Shown here piece by piece: positions 39,588 through 52,870 of a stretch of 52,991 bases of DNA. Position numbers and translations under genes: made by a program. Every line of letters begins with the position of its first letter. Position 1 is the stretch's first letter. The notes under the pieces were generated by a model, which ran no database searches, had not been told where the DNA came from, and saw only the letters and a program-made list of their open reading frames with translations. The DNA comes from Girardia tigrina (lineage: Eukaryota): assembly GCA_001938485.1 (NCBI GenBank), contig MQRK01244657.1:53752-106742 (forward strand), written 5' to 3'.

Positions 39588-39799
39588 TATTTAAAATTAA
39601 TTATCTGATGATGGACTTGGAATGACTAATCGATTTTTTTATGAAGAGATTTTAGTCCCTTTATTGTTTTAAAATTTTAAATTAATTTGTTAGGTGTAAC
39701 CGTCATCATCAGTTTATCTTGAAAATAATGATTTATTCTGAATCTGTTTATACAATCGCTTGGTATCAATAAGCTTCCCCGGACTGTTACGGATAACTG

Positions 39800-40120
39800 T
39801 TTATTACAAATAATACTCAGCACTGGCGCATAGGGTAATGAATTATAGACTCTGTGGGGACTCCACATTCTGCTGACGGAGATATGCCAGATACATCACA
39901 CTTCGACCAGCAGCCTTAACCAGAATCGCTTTTACAAGTCCAACTAACATATTAACATCACTAAAAGCTTTACGCTATTGTTCCATAACTATGTGCAGAA
40001 TATTAGCAATGCAAGTGACGTGAATAGATTTGACAAGAGAAGCCGAGAGTACATCTCGAAACGCCTTCTGACTTATAGCAGAATCGACAGAATAGGACAC
40101 CTCCATCCTCATATGACTTC
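39800..40120 (-). mobile_element. hAT (CGGBP1/DUF659-like) transposase remnant
   Basis: DSA...KA...IHVTCIANILHIVME...FSDVNML...KA.GR (decayed CxxH motif). Confidence 0.6.
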
Positions 40121-40157
40121 TCATTTCCAAATTTAACAACACGCTGGGTTGAATTTA

Positions 40158-41490
40158 TTGGGTTGTTGCATAAATTCCCGTCGTTACATGAAACTATTTG
40201 TTATACGAAGACTTTGATGTTTGGCGAAGTGTTATATACCATTAGAAAGCCCGTGCTATGCCCTACAAGATTAAAGTAATCGTTCTTGCCTATATTATTT
40301 TTTTGTCTTTTTTTAGAACCGTCATATGGATTGTCAAGTCGACAAAAAAATCGCATTTTCGACACCTTCCTTTCGCCTTTAATCGAGGTCAAAAAGCGAG
40401 TGAAGCTACCAGAGATATTTGCGCCGTGTATGGAGAGGACGCTATAGCTGAGAGAAATGCTCGGGATTGGTTTGCCAGGTTCAAACACGATAATTTCGAC
40501 CTCAACTATGCTCCTCGTTCCGGAAGACCAGTCGAGATAGACGAGGACCAACTTGGGGATCTTTTGAAGGAAGATGGCCGCCAGACATGCAGAGAATTGG
40601 TCGAAAAGATGAATTCTGATTTTGCGACAATTTCACGCCATCATCAGTCGATGGGTTTCACTCAAAAGCTTGGAGCTTGGGTCCCGCACGAACTCACCCA
40701 AAACAGAAGGATAAGCGGCTTTCCATTGCTGCTCAAAATCTCGCTCGACACCAAGGAACCCATGGCCACAGGCAACATTTCTTATACAGAATCGTCACTG
40801 GAGACGAAAAATGGTGTCTCTATGTGAATATGAAGTAAAGGAAAGTGTGGGGGAGTCCTGGAGAGAAGCCTCAGTCCAGGATCAAGAAAGACCTGCACCC
40901 AATGAAGACAATGATTTGCGTATGGTGGGATTGGGAAGGTCTAATCCACTGGGAAATGCTTGGAAGGAACATGACAGTAGAAAAGAATCTCTGTAAAGCC
41001 CAATTGCATCGAGTCAAAAAAGACCGGATTGACATGGCCAGGTGATCCTACTCCATGACAATGCTCGACCATACACCGCAAAAACTGTCAAGATGGCACT
41101 CCAAGAGCTCGGTTTGGAGGTCATTCAACATCCTCCCTATTCCCCAGACCTCGCCCCGACGGATTACCATCTCTTCCGCTGCCTTTCAAATGAAATGAGG
41201 GGTCTTAGCTTCGAAAATCAGGATCATCTTGAGAATTGGCTCAACAACTTCTTCGAGACTCGACCTAAGGATTTCTGACGAAATGGAATCAAGAAACTGG
41301 TGGAAAGATGGGAAGAAGAAGTGAACAATGAAGGAGAATACATAATTGATTGAAGTGTCATTATTTTTGCTGTTAAAATTTTATGATTTCATTAAATATA
41401 TAATTAACTGAGTCTTTTGGTTGTTAAAATTCTTTGATTTCTTTGAAAATAAATGTTTAAAAAACGGCGGGAACTTATGCAACAACCCAA
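40158..41490 (+). mobile_element. full-length, inactivated mellifera-type mariner
   Basis: TIRs TTGGGTTGTTGCATAA..., TA flanks; WVPHEL, TGDEKW, LHDNARP and YSPDLAPTDY split over frames. Confidence 0.95.
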
Positions 41491-41899
41491 TATATTTGTA
41501 CTAGCCATTACGACAATCACTTTAACAACAATTATTTATTTTATTTATTCGTGTAATTTGAAGGATTATTTTATTAACTTGTGTAATTTAAGGGATCAAT
41601 TTATTTATCTTTGCATTTTAAAAATAAATTCATTTACTTGTCTAATTTGAAGATAATTTTATTTAATGTGCAAATTTGAAAATTGATTATGGATTTTATT
41701 TATCTTTTAATAATATTCATCAAATAAAAATTATTGTTTGTTAATGAAGTAAAAATTTCTTTTAATTTTTAAAAATTCAGTCGTTTCTTAGCAATTTTTC
41801 ATGTCCAAAATACTTTGTCTTATTTTTTCGTGAACGTGAAAAAAGTAGCCCTAAAAATTATATAATTCCTCTTTTCTTACTTTTTCTTAGTACTGTGTC

Positions 41900-42370
41900 A
41901 TACAATTTAGATAATGCTCTTTCTCGATCCGTCGACCTTCACGAAATGGTAGTATCTCAGTTTCATAAAGTTTTCCCCCGTTTTTGCAAGCACTGCAAAC
42001 TATAGTGACCATTTTCTTGCAATGGCTGCATTTGATGGTATGGCATTCTCTTCGAATATGTTTTATTCATAGCATGTATGACATTTGTTAGGGCAATTCC
42101 TGCTGACATGTCCTTCCTTCTAACAGCTTCCACATACAACTAGATTTCTCAACTGTGGTTTTGATATTTCCATTTAATTTTTTGCATTAGTGGTTTAGCT
42201 AACCGCGAATTTAAATATTGATGACACCTTTGAACGATTTTTGCATATGTTTCTTTACGAGTCATTGCTGATATATGCATTAGTTCTTCTCTTTTTACAT
42301 TTTCAATTTTCGGATGACATCTGTAAGGCTCGGTATTATTTTCAGATGAGAATTTAGACATTTTCAAAAA
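41900..42370 (-). mobile_element. gag-like CCHC zinc-knuckle remnant
   Basis: CGSC*KEGHVSRNC followed by further CxxC motifs. Confidence 0.55.
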
Positions 42371-44141
42371 TTTTATTTTGTAACCACAATATAAACATTA
42401 ATCAAGCAATTTTTGAGAAACAAAATTTGAAATTTTTCTTGCACAAACCAATAAAATTAAAATACTTATAAATAATAAAATGCAGATTCATCATTTTCAA
42501 AATTTCGTATTATGTTTAATTTTATAAGATTTTTTGAATTCAAAGACTATTTTCATTATAGTTTATATGTTAACTTCGTATTTAATTTTGTATTTTTTAA
42601 TATTTATTATATGTTTTTTCTTTCAATTTGTATTTACTTTTAAAGTTTAATAAATTCTGTTAAAATATTTTTGGGTTCTTATATTAAATTCGTTTTTACA
42701 TATATTTTATTTATTAATTTGATTATTTTCAATTTAATTCGTTTTTTTAATTTATTCAATTACGAGTTTTATTATTTCAAATTTTATCTAAAATATTTTT
42801 TATAATTATTCAGATTGAAACTTTATACCACATTTAAAAATAAATTTCTATTTTTTACTTTTATTATTAAATATTAATTTTAAATGTTTTTTTATCTTTA
42901 ATTCAAAAATATAAGAGACATCAAAAATCCTTCTTTGATATGCTCCATGTTCTTGGCATCCCGTAAAGTCAAGTCTCGCTTAATTGTGGCATTTCTCGTA
43001 CAATATACCAAAAGAGACAATCAATTATTTTTCATCCCATACATTTTCTCGATTTTGTCAAAATATAAATTAGTTCTATTTGATCCTTTTTCGTATGAAT
43101 ATAAATTCATAAAATCTTGATTAAGTGATGAAAGTGTGGCAAATGCCTCCATCAACCATTCGTGGAATTCCACGATTTTTGAATTAACTTTCCAGTAAAT
43201 GGGAATAAAATCCTTTGAAATAAAGGTCTTCGTTCTAATTCTTTTGAGATTGGGATCTGTACCTGAAAATTAATTTTAAAAAATTAATATATAATGATAG
43301 TAATCTTCTTAACAGTATTCATATGAATCTATTTTATTTGTTTAAATCTACAATGAATCTCGTACATATATTCTAAAGCGCCTGTTGTTTCTTGATGTTC
43401 TTCCCCGTAATTATCCAGCTTTCACATCTTTAATAAATTACGGAGAATATACAGGCGTTCACCATCTTCCATTGATTCTGAGAGTAATTTTGGAACTCCT
43501 CAGTAGTGGTTTCACATCCTTGATCTTCTGGGTTCCTTACTTTATTCTTGTTTTAACATTTCAGATGTTGGTCTCCAATCTCTTTCGAATGGTACTGAGC
43601 CACTTGGCTCTTTAGATGGTCCACCCAAACTAAACTTAGGACAGCCGCGAAAAGGGCACTTGAACTCTTCCCTCGCTGTTGAGTCAGTGATCCTAAAAGT
43701 CAAGTGAGTATCTTCGGGATTAATCGTCTGCTCCACCACCATTAAGATAATCGGAGATTCTGTCGCTAACCGAGGATTGGTAGTTGGTATATTTTGTGGT
43801 GTGTCTGCTTCCGTTGTATTACTTCCTTCATTTGTTGTACTTGTCAGTTGAATTCGATTTTCTTCCTCTGTGTTCATGTGTTGTACAAATTCATTGTAAT
43901 CAGCAACTTCGCCGAATAGCCATTTCACATCGACACGGATATATTCTTTCATCATTTGTTTGCTCCTTCCTTTGATCTTCTTTCCAATTGGTAAAGTTGC
44001 TCTCCACAGTATGTTTGTCTCTGTGGAGTCCATTTTGCAATGGAACGTGAGTCTTTTACATGCAATTAAATCCATTGGATCTTTTCAGATGTAGATAGCT
44101 TTTCACCCATTGTAAGTTTATTTATAAATGATATCGGAAAA

Positions 44142-45584
44142 CAGTGCGTTCTAAAAGTAACTGTGCACCTGCAATTTCAAAACAAGAACGATATCCTGTG
44201 TTCTAAAAATCAATAACAAAATATTTTGAATAGTCAATTTTATGTGAAGAACAATGACCGTCTCTTAATTTATTAAAAATAACAAGAAAAGAGTAACAAC
44301 AACTGCTGGAAATGCCCACCAAGTTCGTGAATACAAACGTTAATTCGACGTTTCAAGTTTTCGAACANNNNNNNNNNNNNNNNNNNNNNNNNNNNNNNNN
44401 NNNNNNNNNNNNNNNNNNNNNNNNNNNNNNNNNNNNNNNNNNNNNNNNNNNNNNNNNNNNNNNNNNNNNNNNNNNNNNNNNNNNNNNNNNNNNNNNNNNN
44501 NNNNNNNNNNNNNNNNNNNNNNNNNNNNNNNNNNNNNNNNNNNNNNNNNNNNNNNNNNNNNNNNNNNNNNNNNNNNNNNNNNNNNNNNNNNNNNNNNNNN
44601 NNNNNNNNNNNNNNNNNNNNNNNNNNNNNNNNNNNNNNNNNNNNNNNNNNNNNNNNNNNNNNNNNNNNNNNNNNNNNNNNNNNNNNNNNNNNNNNNNNNN
44701 NNNNNNNNNNNNNNNNNNNNNNNNNNNNNNNNNNNNNNNNNNNNNNNNNNNNNNNNNNNNNNNNNNNNNNNNNNNNNNNNNNNNNNNNNNNNNNNNNNNN
44801 NNNNNNNNNNNNNNNNNNNNNNNNNNNNNNNNNNNNNNNNNNNNNNNNNNNNNNNNNNNNNNNNNNNNNNNNNNNNNNNNNNNNNNNNNNNNNNNNNNNN
44901 NNNNNNNNNNNNNNNNNNNNNNNNNNNNNNNNNNNNNNNNNNNNNNNNNNNNNNNNNNNNNNNNNNNNNNNNNNNNNNNNNNNNNNNNNNNNNNNNNNNN
45001 NNNNNNNNNNNNNNNNNNNNNNNNNNNNNNNNNNNNNNNNNNNNNNNNNNNNNNNNNNNNNNNNNNNNNNNNNNNNNNNNNNNNNNNNNNNNNNNNNNNN
45101 NNNNNNNNNNNNNNNNNNNNNNNNNNNNNNNNNNNNNNNNNNNNNNNNNNNNNNNNNNNNNNNNNNNNNNNNNNNNNNNNNNNNNNNNNNNNNNNNNNNN
45201 NNNNNNNNNNNNNNNNNNNNNNNNNGGGAAACTTTTCGGCAAATTTTTCCTTCACTGCTTCTGTGTATTCATCATTCGCACGAAAGACATGTTCAATCAA
45301 AAATATTCTCTCCTCCGTTGACAAAACCATTTTCAATTGGAATTTACTTCACAATAAATTGACTTTCGTCAATGATTAGATTGAATATCAAAATGATATT
45401 TTTTTCAAAAAAAATTTAAAACGCTCAGTGTCTAGGTCAAAGTTTGTAGGTATGTTTTTTGTTCACGAATCTATTTCATAGTTCGATTTCATAGAAATTT
45501 GCATTTAAAAAGTCTGCTACAACGCGGATTATCTAAAAATAAACCAGACAATGAAAGGTGCACAGTAACTTTCTGAACGCACTG
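44142..45584 (-). mobile_element. Tc1/mariner superfamily element (DUF4817-type HTH; rosa-like); centre lies in a gap
   Basis: TIR CAGTGCGTTC.AAAGT.ACTGTGCACCT; N-terminus MVLSTEERIFLIEH; C-terminus RRINVCIHELGGHFQQLL. Confidence 0.85.
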
Positions 45585-45764
45585 TACAAATGAAGAGATA
45601 GTTTTTATTTATATATCACTAAACACATCTCGAATTTTATAAAAAGCATCATATTTTAATAATTTTTGTTAAAATTTAAATTTGAAGTTAACAATCCCTC
45701 CAAATAAGGAATTGATAGACGTTCAGTAAGGCCTTATCAATAAGATCCATGAATTCGACAATTA

Positions 45765-47036
45765 CAGTATGATTCATAAGTCTGTTCACCCCCCTTATTT
45801 TTTGAGAAAAGATAAAATTCTTAACAAAACATTTATTATGTGGAACTTTCAATACTTAGTTGAATGTCCATTCATTTTCTTTATCATTTTTAATCGCCTA
45901 GGCATGGATTCAACAAGACTTACAATAATGGTTTGATAGTTCGTACCATATTTTTTGAACAGCCACCAACAACTGTTCTGACGATGTCCACCTTATCATC
46001 TATAATTTCCTTTTTAAAAGTCCCCATTCATTTTCGATAGGATTTGCGTCTGGTGAATTGCCTGGCCATGGTAAAAGGTCGAATTCCTCTTTTTTTAAGA
46101 AATTAAATATCGACAGTGCACGGTGTGGTGGTGCAAGATCTTACTGAAAAATGAATTGTTGTTTTGGAAATACCGAGCACTTTCCAATAATATCAATGTC
46201 ATGTATTATAATTTCTTGGTACATTTGAGCATTCATTGACCTTCTACCTACACAGACCTACACAGTTTGCCGAAAAGCACCCCCAGACATGAACTTTGGC
46301 TCCGTGGCTCATGGTTTCATGGATGTTTCCGAGTTTGAGCTTTTCATTTCTAGTTCGTCTGGTCCAATGTCTACCACGATGATTATAACATTGGAAAATG
46401 CATTCATCGCTAAATATAACAGAATACCATGTTTCTTTATCCCAATTTTGATATAATGATGCCCACTGCATTCTTCTTTGTCTCTGTTTGGCGGTAAGGA
46501 AAGGTTTCTTTACAGTTTTGAATGCCCGTATTCCATATTCCTGTAAAATCCTTTCGACTGTCGACTTATGGCTATTGAGGAAGAAGAATTAAATATCATT
46601 GTTTAAATAACTTATGCGTTTAATCACTCTTTCTGATCTGGCGCTTAGTTTATGAGGTCTGCCTCCACGTGGTTGATCTTTCACTTCTCCTGTTTTTAAA
46701 TACTTCGCCCATATTTTTTGCATTCCACATTTTGAAATATTTATATTATATCTTGTAAATAGTTCGACTTTTATTTGATTCCATTTACTTCCTGCATTTT
46801 TAAGTGCAACAATCATTCCACTCTCAAATTCACTAAATACTCTTGACATTTAATTTATCTAAAATTTAAAAAAATAAGTCATTAATGAAAATTTCAATAA
46901 TTAACATATAAATTCAAATGTGTAGCATAAAAAAACTATATATAAATAAATATTCAAAATTAATATGACGTCAAATTTTTAGTTAGAAAATAAGTAATCA
47001 AAATATGAGGGGTGAATAAACTTATGAATCATACTG
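45765..47036 (-). mobile_element. Tc1 (DD34E) element, full-length and inactivated
   Basis: TIRs CAGTATGATTCATAAG..., TA flanks; FSDE, WGCFS and NSPDANPIE motifs; stops and frameshifts. Confidence 0.9.
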
Positions 47037-47302
47037 TAATATTCAAGCCATGCACTTAACTTCTCTGTTTCGAATAGAACCTCATCATATTAGCGATTGG
47101 ATATTTATTTTTTGGGTAAAATTGGTTGTGAAATTGATTGTAATTTTGTCTTATGTGGACACTGGGACATATTAATTACTGAAATAAATTTTGAAAATAG
47201 CGTCTTTATTTTAATTAATATATTTTTAATTCTTTGAATGGAAATATAATTTTTATTTAATTCGAAAATTTATTTTTATTACAAATAATTATTTTGTTAT
47301 AG

Positions 47303-47376
47303 ATCTATCAAATTGGCGATTGGAAAGAATCAGTTCGAATTGTCCGTTTTGTGAAGGAAAATTTAGGAAGATTTAA
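47303..47376 (+). CDS. GTF3C4: GTF3C4 terminal exon
   Basis: Phase-compatible; NLSNWRLERISSNCPFCEGKFRKI* supplies the final CPFC pair; AATAAA at 47410-47415. Confidence 0.85.
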
Positions 47377-48965
47377 TTCATATTAAACAATATTGTGTAC
47401 TTAAATGTAAATAAATTGTTCTGTCTTCTTTGTGTCTTGTGATTTAATAACGCCAGTGTCATTTACAAATTATGTAACTGCTATTTGATTTTAATTTTTG
47501 AGTTTTTCGTACGATGTTCACTCCATCTTTTTGTATTAAAATTGTTTATTTCCAGGTATTATAAATTAATTTTTTTTTAATGCGAGCTGTTTTAATAAAA
47601 ATTTTAGTCTCTTAATAAAGGCACAAGACTGCATTTCCAAAGGTTTTTTATAGAAGAAAAACATGTTATCCATTATATTTTTGTGAAAAAAAACTATATC
47701 GTTAAATTTCTATAAATAATAATGAATTTGGTGCGTTTGAATATTTATTCACATCATAAATTATACATTTAACCTTTTACACCAAAATTGATAACTTTCT
47801 TGCATCTTTTTGTAAGTTTTATTTCATTTGAATAAATCTTGAATTATTTTTTGTTACAAGTCACATAATTGCTAGTTCGGATCTAATTTGCTAATTCCTG
47901 AGTGTATGGAAGACACGTTTAGTAAAAATGATAAACGTTTAAACACAAACCGTTTAAAGAATGAAACATTTAACCGAACATCACAAGGGGGAAATGAGTA
48001 CTGACGACAGAGCATGCGCAGTGTAGCTGCAGCACAATGATGTGAGTGTGAGGTTTTCGGGTCGAGGGGAATAAAAATTTAGTATCTTATCATGATATAT
48101 AGCTCCTTGGAAAATCTTTTCAAAATTTAATCCATATTTAACTCATAATTCATAATATGCACTCATTTTAAAATCTGCAGCAAATTTACGGGCTCTGAAA
48201 TCATCAATAACTCGAGGATTTGATTCACATAAAATCTTGTGTGAGTTTGTATATGAGTTCTATCGACAATTTTATCTTTTATGTCGGATTAAAAATATGA
48301 ACTTTGTTAGGATCGCTACCGGTTATTTTATTTATCAATTCGATCTATGAGTGAGTGCGCATGATGCAAACATTCACCATTTCAAATTCAACTCTTTAAA
48401 TTTTCGATGAAATAATTCTTTCAATTCTCTCGAAACAACAATCAAAATCTTTGATTTCCCACAAAATTCGAATCCCTTTGCAATCAAATCGATTAAAAAA
48501 ATCAATAATTTTTGGTGTACGAATAATAAATTTTCAATTGAGAGCAAAAGTAATTCAATCAGCTACAAATCACCACTTTATTCATGAGAAAAAAATCATT
48601 GATTCAAATAAGTTCAACTTTTGCCAATACAAAAAGTGATCAATTCAAACCTTTGTTACACAAAATCCAACATCCTTGATCCGTATAAACAAAAACAAAA
48701 AACGATCGATTTGTCACAATTTTCAAATTTTATAACTTTGAATTCAATTCAACCTTTTCAAATAAAAACTGCCCCATCAATATAACAATTAACGCGTTTA
48801 AACAAACGCGTTTTTGCCATTTATATTTTTTGTTTATTTTTTTTATTTTTATAATTTTTTATTTTTCATAATCATATTTTTTTAACTAAAACATTTTTTA
48901 CTCTCAGGTAATTAAGTTTTAAATTTAATACTTGTGAGCAGGAATAGTTACGTAATAATATTGTT

Positions 48966-49174
48966 TGTTACTACCTGAAATAACTAAGATTACTAACGTA
49001 ATAATTATTGTGTGATTGCCGATGACTTTGATTATGTAAAGTCAGTTGTGATGATACAAATAAAATGGGTTACTTGTCTGATGTTGAATGTATGCTGAAT
49101 GTATGTTGATAGTATATGTGTGTTTGAGAATGTAAACCAACGAAAAGGCTTTGAAAATGTGAGTCATTATAACA
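48966..49174 (-). mobile_element. putative 3' LTR of the adjacent gypsy element
   Basis: TGTTA...TAACA termini; purine tract GGGGAAAATAGTGA immediately precedes it on the minus strand. Confidence 0.5.
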
Positions 49175-49499
49175 TCACTATTTTCCCCATTAAATAGTCG
49201 AGATTATGGATATTGTGTTATAATTATAAAATCTTAGAATCGGAATTAGTCATTTTATTTTAAATGGATAACAATACTTTTAATTTTTTTGCAAAATTCA
49301 TACATTCAAGAATAAAAATAAATATTTATACATATTATAATTCTAAATTTTAGATTCTGAAATAAAGAACTTAAAAAACATTCAAATCGAATAATCATTT
49401 ACTAACTGATGAGCATTGTTATGAGAATTTGAATTTCAGAAGCTTCTTTAATATCCATGTCCGTTAATTCAGCAATTTTGTTTTTGTTTAGTTTAGGTT

Positions 49500-51420
49500 T
49501 AGTTTCATGAACTGGTTCTGATTCCACGAGGATACTGTTTGATATTAAATCAGATTGAGATTTGTATTACTATTTTGATCTTTTGGTAAGAAAAGAAAAC
49601 ATTTCTGTTTACACAATTATATGGTAGGGTAGCTTATTGCATAAAATGACTCGGAATTACGAGTTGATGAATTGCAGCAGAGCGGGAAGAGGAGAAGCCA
49701 TCGAAATGAAACTTATCGTGAAACAAGTACTTTTAATGTGTGAACAAAACCAATCACATAGCTTAGGGAAACTTCAATGGCTTTCACCTAATTATATTTT
49801 TCTAAAATTACAGTTTTTGAATGTCATATGTCCAAACCATCTCAATTAAGTTTCCGAAAAACGAATGCATTTTTATTTTACAAAAATCCATGCATACACT
49901 TCAAAAATATCAATTATGAAAGCATATTGGGTGATAAAGATGAGCGATCTTGTCGTAATAGAGGCGATGCAAGTCTAAAGGCTTCCGAAAAGGCAGTTGC
50001 AATTCAGAATAGAATTCTTTTAAAATAATATTGGTCGTTCTTTGTCGAAAATGCAGTTTTTTATTTTGAATCGTTCTCGAATTCAACTTGATGATATGTA
50101 CTCCCCAAGTCGATCGTGCTGAAGTATTTCGCTCCATTTAATGTATTTAGCATTTCTTCTACATTTGGCATTGGAAATGCTGGTCTGATTGTGACTTTAT
50201 TTAATTGTCAAAAATCAACACATACTCGGATATCCTGTTTGCCTTTTTTCCATACGTATACTAGCGGAAAATTCCACTGCGAACTGCATTTTTCAGTGAT
50301 ATCATTTTACTCGTAATTCTTGATAATATCATCTAGTTTTTTCTCAATGTTTTGGTTGTCGGTATGGTTTTACCAATATTAGTTCTACTTGCGTTTCAAT
50401 TTTATGCTTAGTTAGTGTGGTCTTCCCGATATCCCATTTGTCCGCCATAAATATCGTTTTATAATCTATTAGTAATTTCATTAATGGTTCATCTATCTTA
50501 TCTGCGTATATTTCCTTTATTCTTTTAAGTCTGTCTCTATCAGTTAAAGTATCGCGTATTACCAGCACTCCTTCGTTGTATCCTGTTTCTTTATTTAGTT
50601 TTATGCTGAATTTATTTAAAAAATCCATTCCTGCAATCATTTCGGGTTCTAAATCTTTTACTACAAAAAGTCCACTGTTTTCTGTATTCTTTCAATCTTA
50701 ATCTTTAGTTGTACTATTCCAAAATTTACTAGTTCTGAATCGTTAGCACAGTATATACGTCTTTTTGTCTCCTTTATTTTGATATTTTCCATATTTTTGA
50801 GTATATCTATATTAATTACATTGACTCGTGCTCCCGTATCCAATATACATCGTACTTTTTTATTCTTTATTTGAAATTCTATACTAGGTCTCCCTTTCGG
50901 TTCTTCGTATTCTATTTTAAACATTGATATTTTCATTATCTCTGTGCTTCTTTCTTCATCTTTTTCTGTGATCAAACTGTCACATTTCGCATTTTGTATT
51001 TCGTTTTCACCATCTAATATACACAATTCTTGAGGAATATTTTCAACAGCATCCCATACACAACATACGTCATCATACAAACAATCATTCATACAGTCAA
51101 ACATACACATACATTCGTTTCTCAGTGAAGTGCACTGATCACTTTTCCCTCCTCGTTTCCCTGTTCGTCTCTGAAATTTTTCTTGTTTTGTAATATTTTC
51201 TCTTCTTGTTAGACTTCCTCTTTTATTCGATCTTTCCGACATTCTTTCCCACTCGTCATCGGAGTCTTCTAATTCTGCTACTTGGTCTCTTCTATTCCTA
51301 TATCCCATCCGACCTCTGTACTGTGGGTTTGTATATTCTTTTCGTTCATTTCTTCTAATCCTTTTATCTTCTCTTCCACATTGTTCGCGTTCTATAAATC
51401 TGTTTGGATTCTGAAGAAGA
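49500..51420 (-). mobile_element. Ty3/gypsy gag-pol remnant (protease and RT)
   Basis: ILDTGA protease; PYR, WNFPLV, QLNKVT, FPMPNV and KTAFST RT motifs with stops and frameshifts. Confidence 0.85.
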
Positions 51421-51489
51421 TCAAAAGTTCTTACTACTCAAACATCGTTCTACTACTTCAGAAGCAGAGAAAGAAGGAATGACACAAGA

Positions 51490-51903
51490 GCAGAAAGTAT
51501 GATATCTATTTTTTACAAGATAATGATCACATTCACACCAGCAGCTTTTCATGACCGCAATTGAGCGTTGCGAGATCAATTTGATCCATCATCCGCCATA
51601 CTGTCCTATTTGGTTCCCTACGATTTTTCGTATTTAACCATCTTAAGAATCATCTGCAGGCAAGGTGTTTGTCAACAAACATGATTTGAGAGTCATCGCG
51701 AAGAGTTTCATGCGAGAAAAGCCTCCAGAAGTCTTCCAAAACGTACTCATAAACCTCCATATTCACTTGGAAAATTGTGTCAGTGCACAAGGAAATTATT
51801 TTGAAATGTGATGCCTCTTTTAATGCTTGTTCTAAACACTAAGTATTGTGTTGATATCTTAAGTCTTTCTATATTAGTCTCACGACTTATTGGGTGCACC
51901 AGG
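51490..51903 (+). mobile_element. mariner 3' remnant
   Basis: LQDNDHIH...HPPY.P...YDF; end CGACTTATTGGGTGCACCAGG-TA. Confidence 0.6.
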
Positions 51904-51912
51904 TATGATATA

Positions 51913-52870
51913 CAGGGGTGGCCATAAGTCGTTTTACCCAGTTTTAATAATAATAAACACAAAATTCTAAATGATTTATAAACAAAAACCAGATAAAATA
52001 TTTTGTTTTAATAATTATTTATTTAAAAAATTTTTAAATTATTTCATTTTGTTCATTTTTGTTTGCAATATTTGCATGGCACGACAAATAACCCTTTAGC
52101 AACGAATTTTTATAGTAAAGCAGTGGATAAAGCATGATAGAAATTCAAGAGCTGTAGCTGCAGCATTTGCAAAAGGGTATCCTAATGACGCTCCTCCATC
52201 ACGACAATCAATGCATGTTTTAGCTAAAAAGTTTCACGAGACCGGCTCTGTAACCGACAAAAAAAGAAGTGGGTGCCCTAACAATATGAATACCGATGAA
52301 AATAAAGAAAATGTTAGAACTTTCTATCAGAATGCGCCATCAACATCTGCAGTTCGTTCAAGTTTGCAGTTGCATATACCACGCACAAGTTTACGTAGAA
52401 TAATGAAGGACATTGAGTTGAAAGTTTGGCGACCTCGTTTGCTCCATCAAATGAATGATGACGATTATGACAGGCGCATAGAATTTTGCGAATGGTTACA
52501 GCAACAACGACATGAGAACATTGACATCAGGGACAGAATAATTGGGACCGATGAAGCTTCATTGAAGTTGAATGGTCACGTTAATTTGCATAATGCCGTG
52601 TACTACTCCACTGAGAATCCTTATCTGGTATGGGAGCCCAACAATCTTTCTCCAGGAATTTGTGTGTGGGGAGAAATACGTTCAACTGGTGTGCTGGGTC
52701 CATACTTCTTTGATGGAATGGTCAATTCTCAGCTATATCTCGACATGATGCGTGATTTTGCCGTACCTCAGTTTGATACAGATAACGACGTTTGGATGCA
52801 AGCACCGTCTTAGACGGTGCTCTCCCTCATTATGGTAGAAATGTACGCGACTTTTCGGATAACACTTTTG
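51913..52870 (+). mobile_element. rosa/DD41D-like Tc1/mariner element, interrupted
   Basis: TA-CAGGGGTGGCCATAA end; KFHETGSV, TDEASLKLNGHVN, GPYFF and DGA.PH motifs; homology stops at 52870. Confidence 0.85.

Noticed and set aside
44312-45379. Long ORFs (also 30476-30774 and 8884-9102)
   Set aside because: Artefacts of N gaps and TA repeats
48100-48720. Coding-like composition (also 22920-23500 and 15310-15540)
   Set aside because: Multiple stops or no recognisable homology; cannot be assigned without a search
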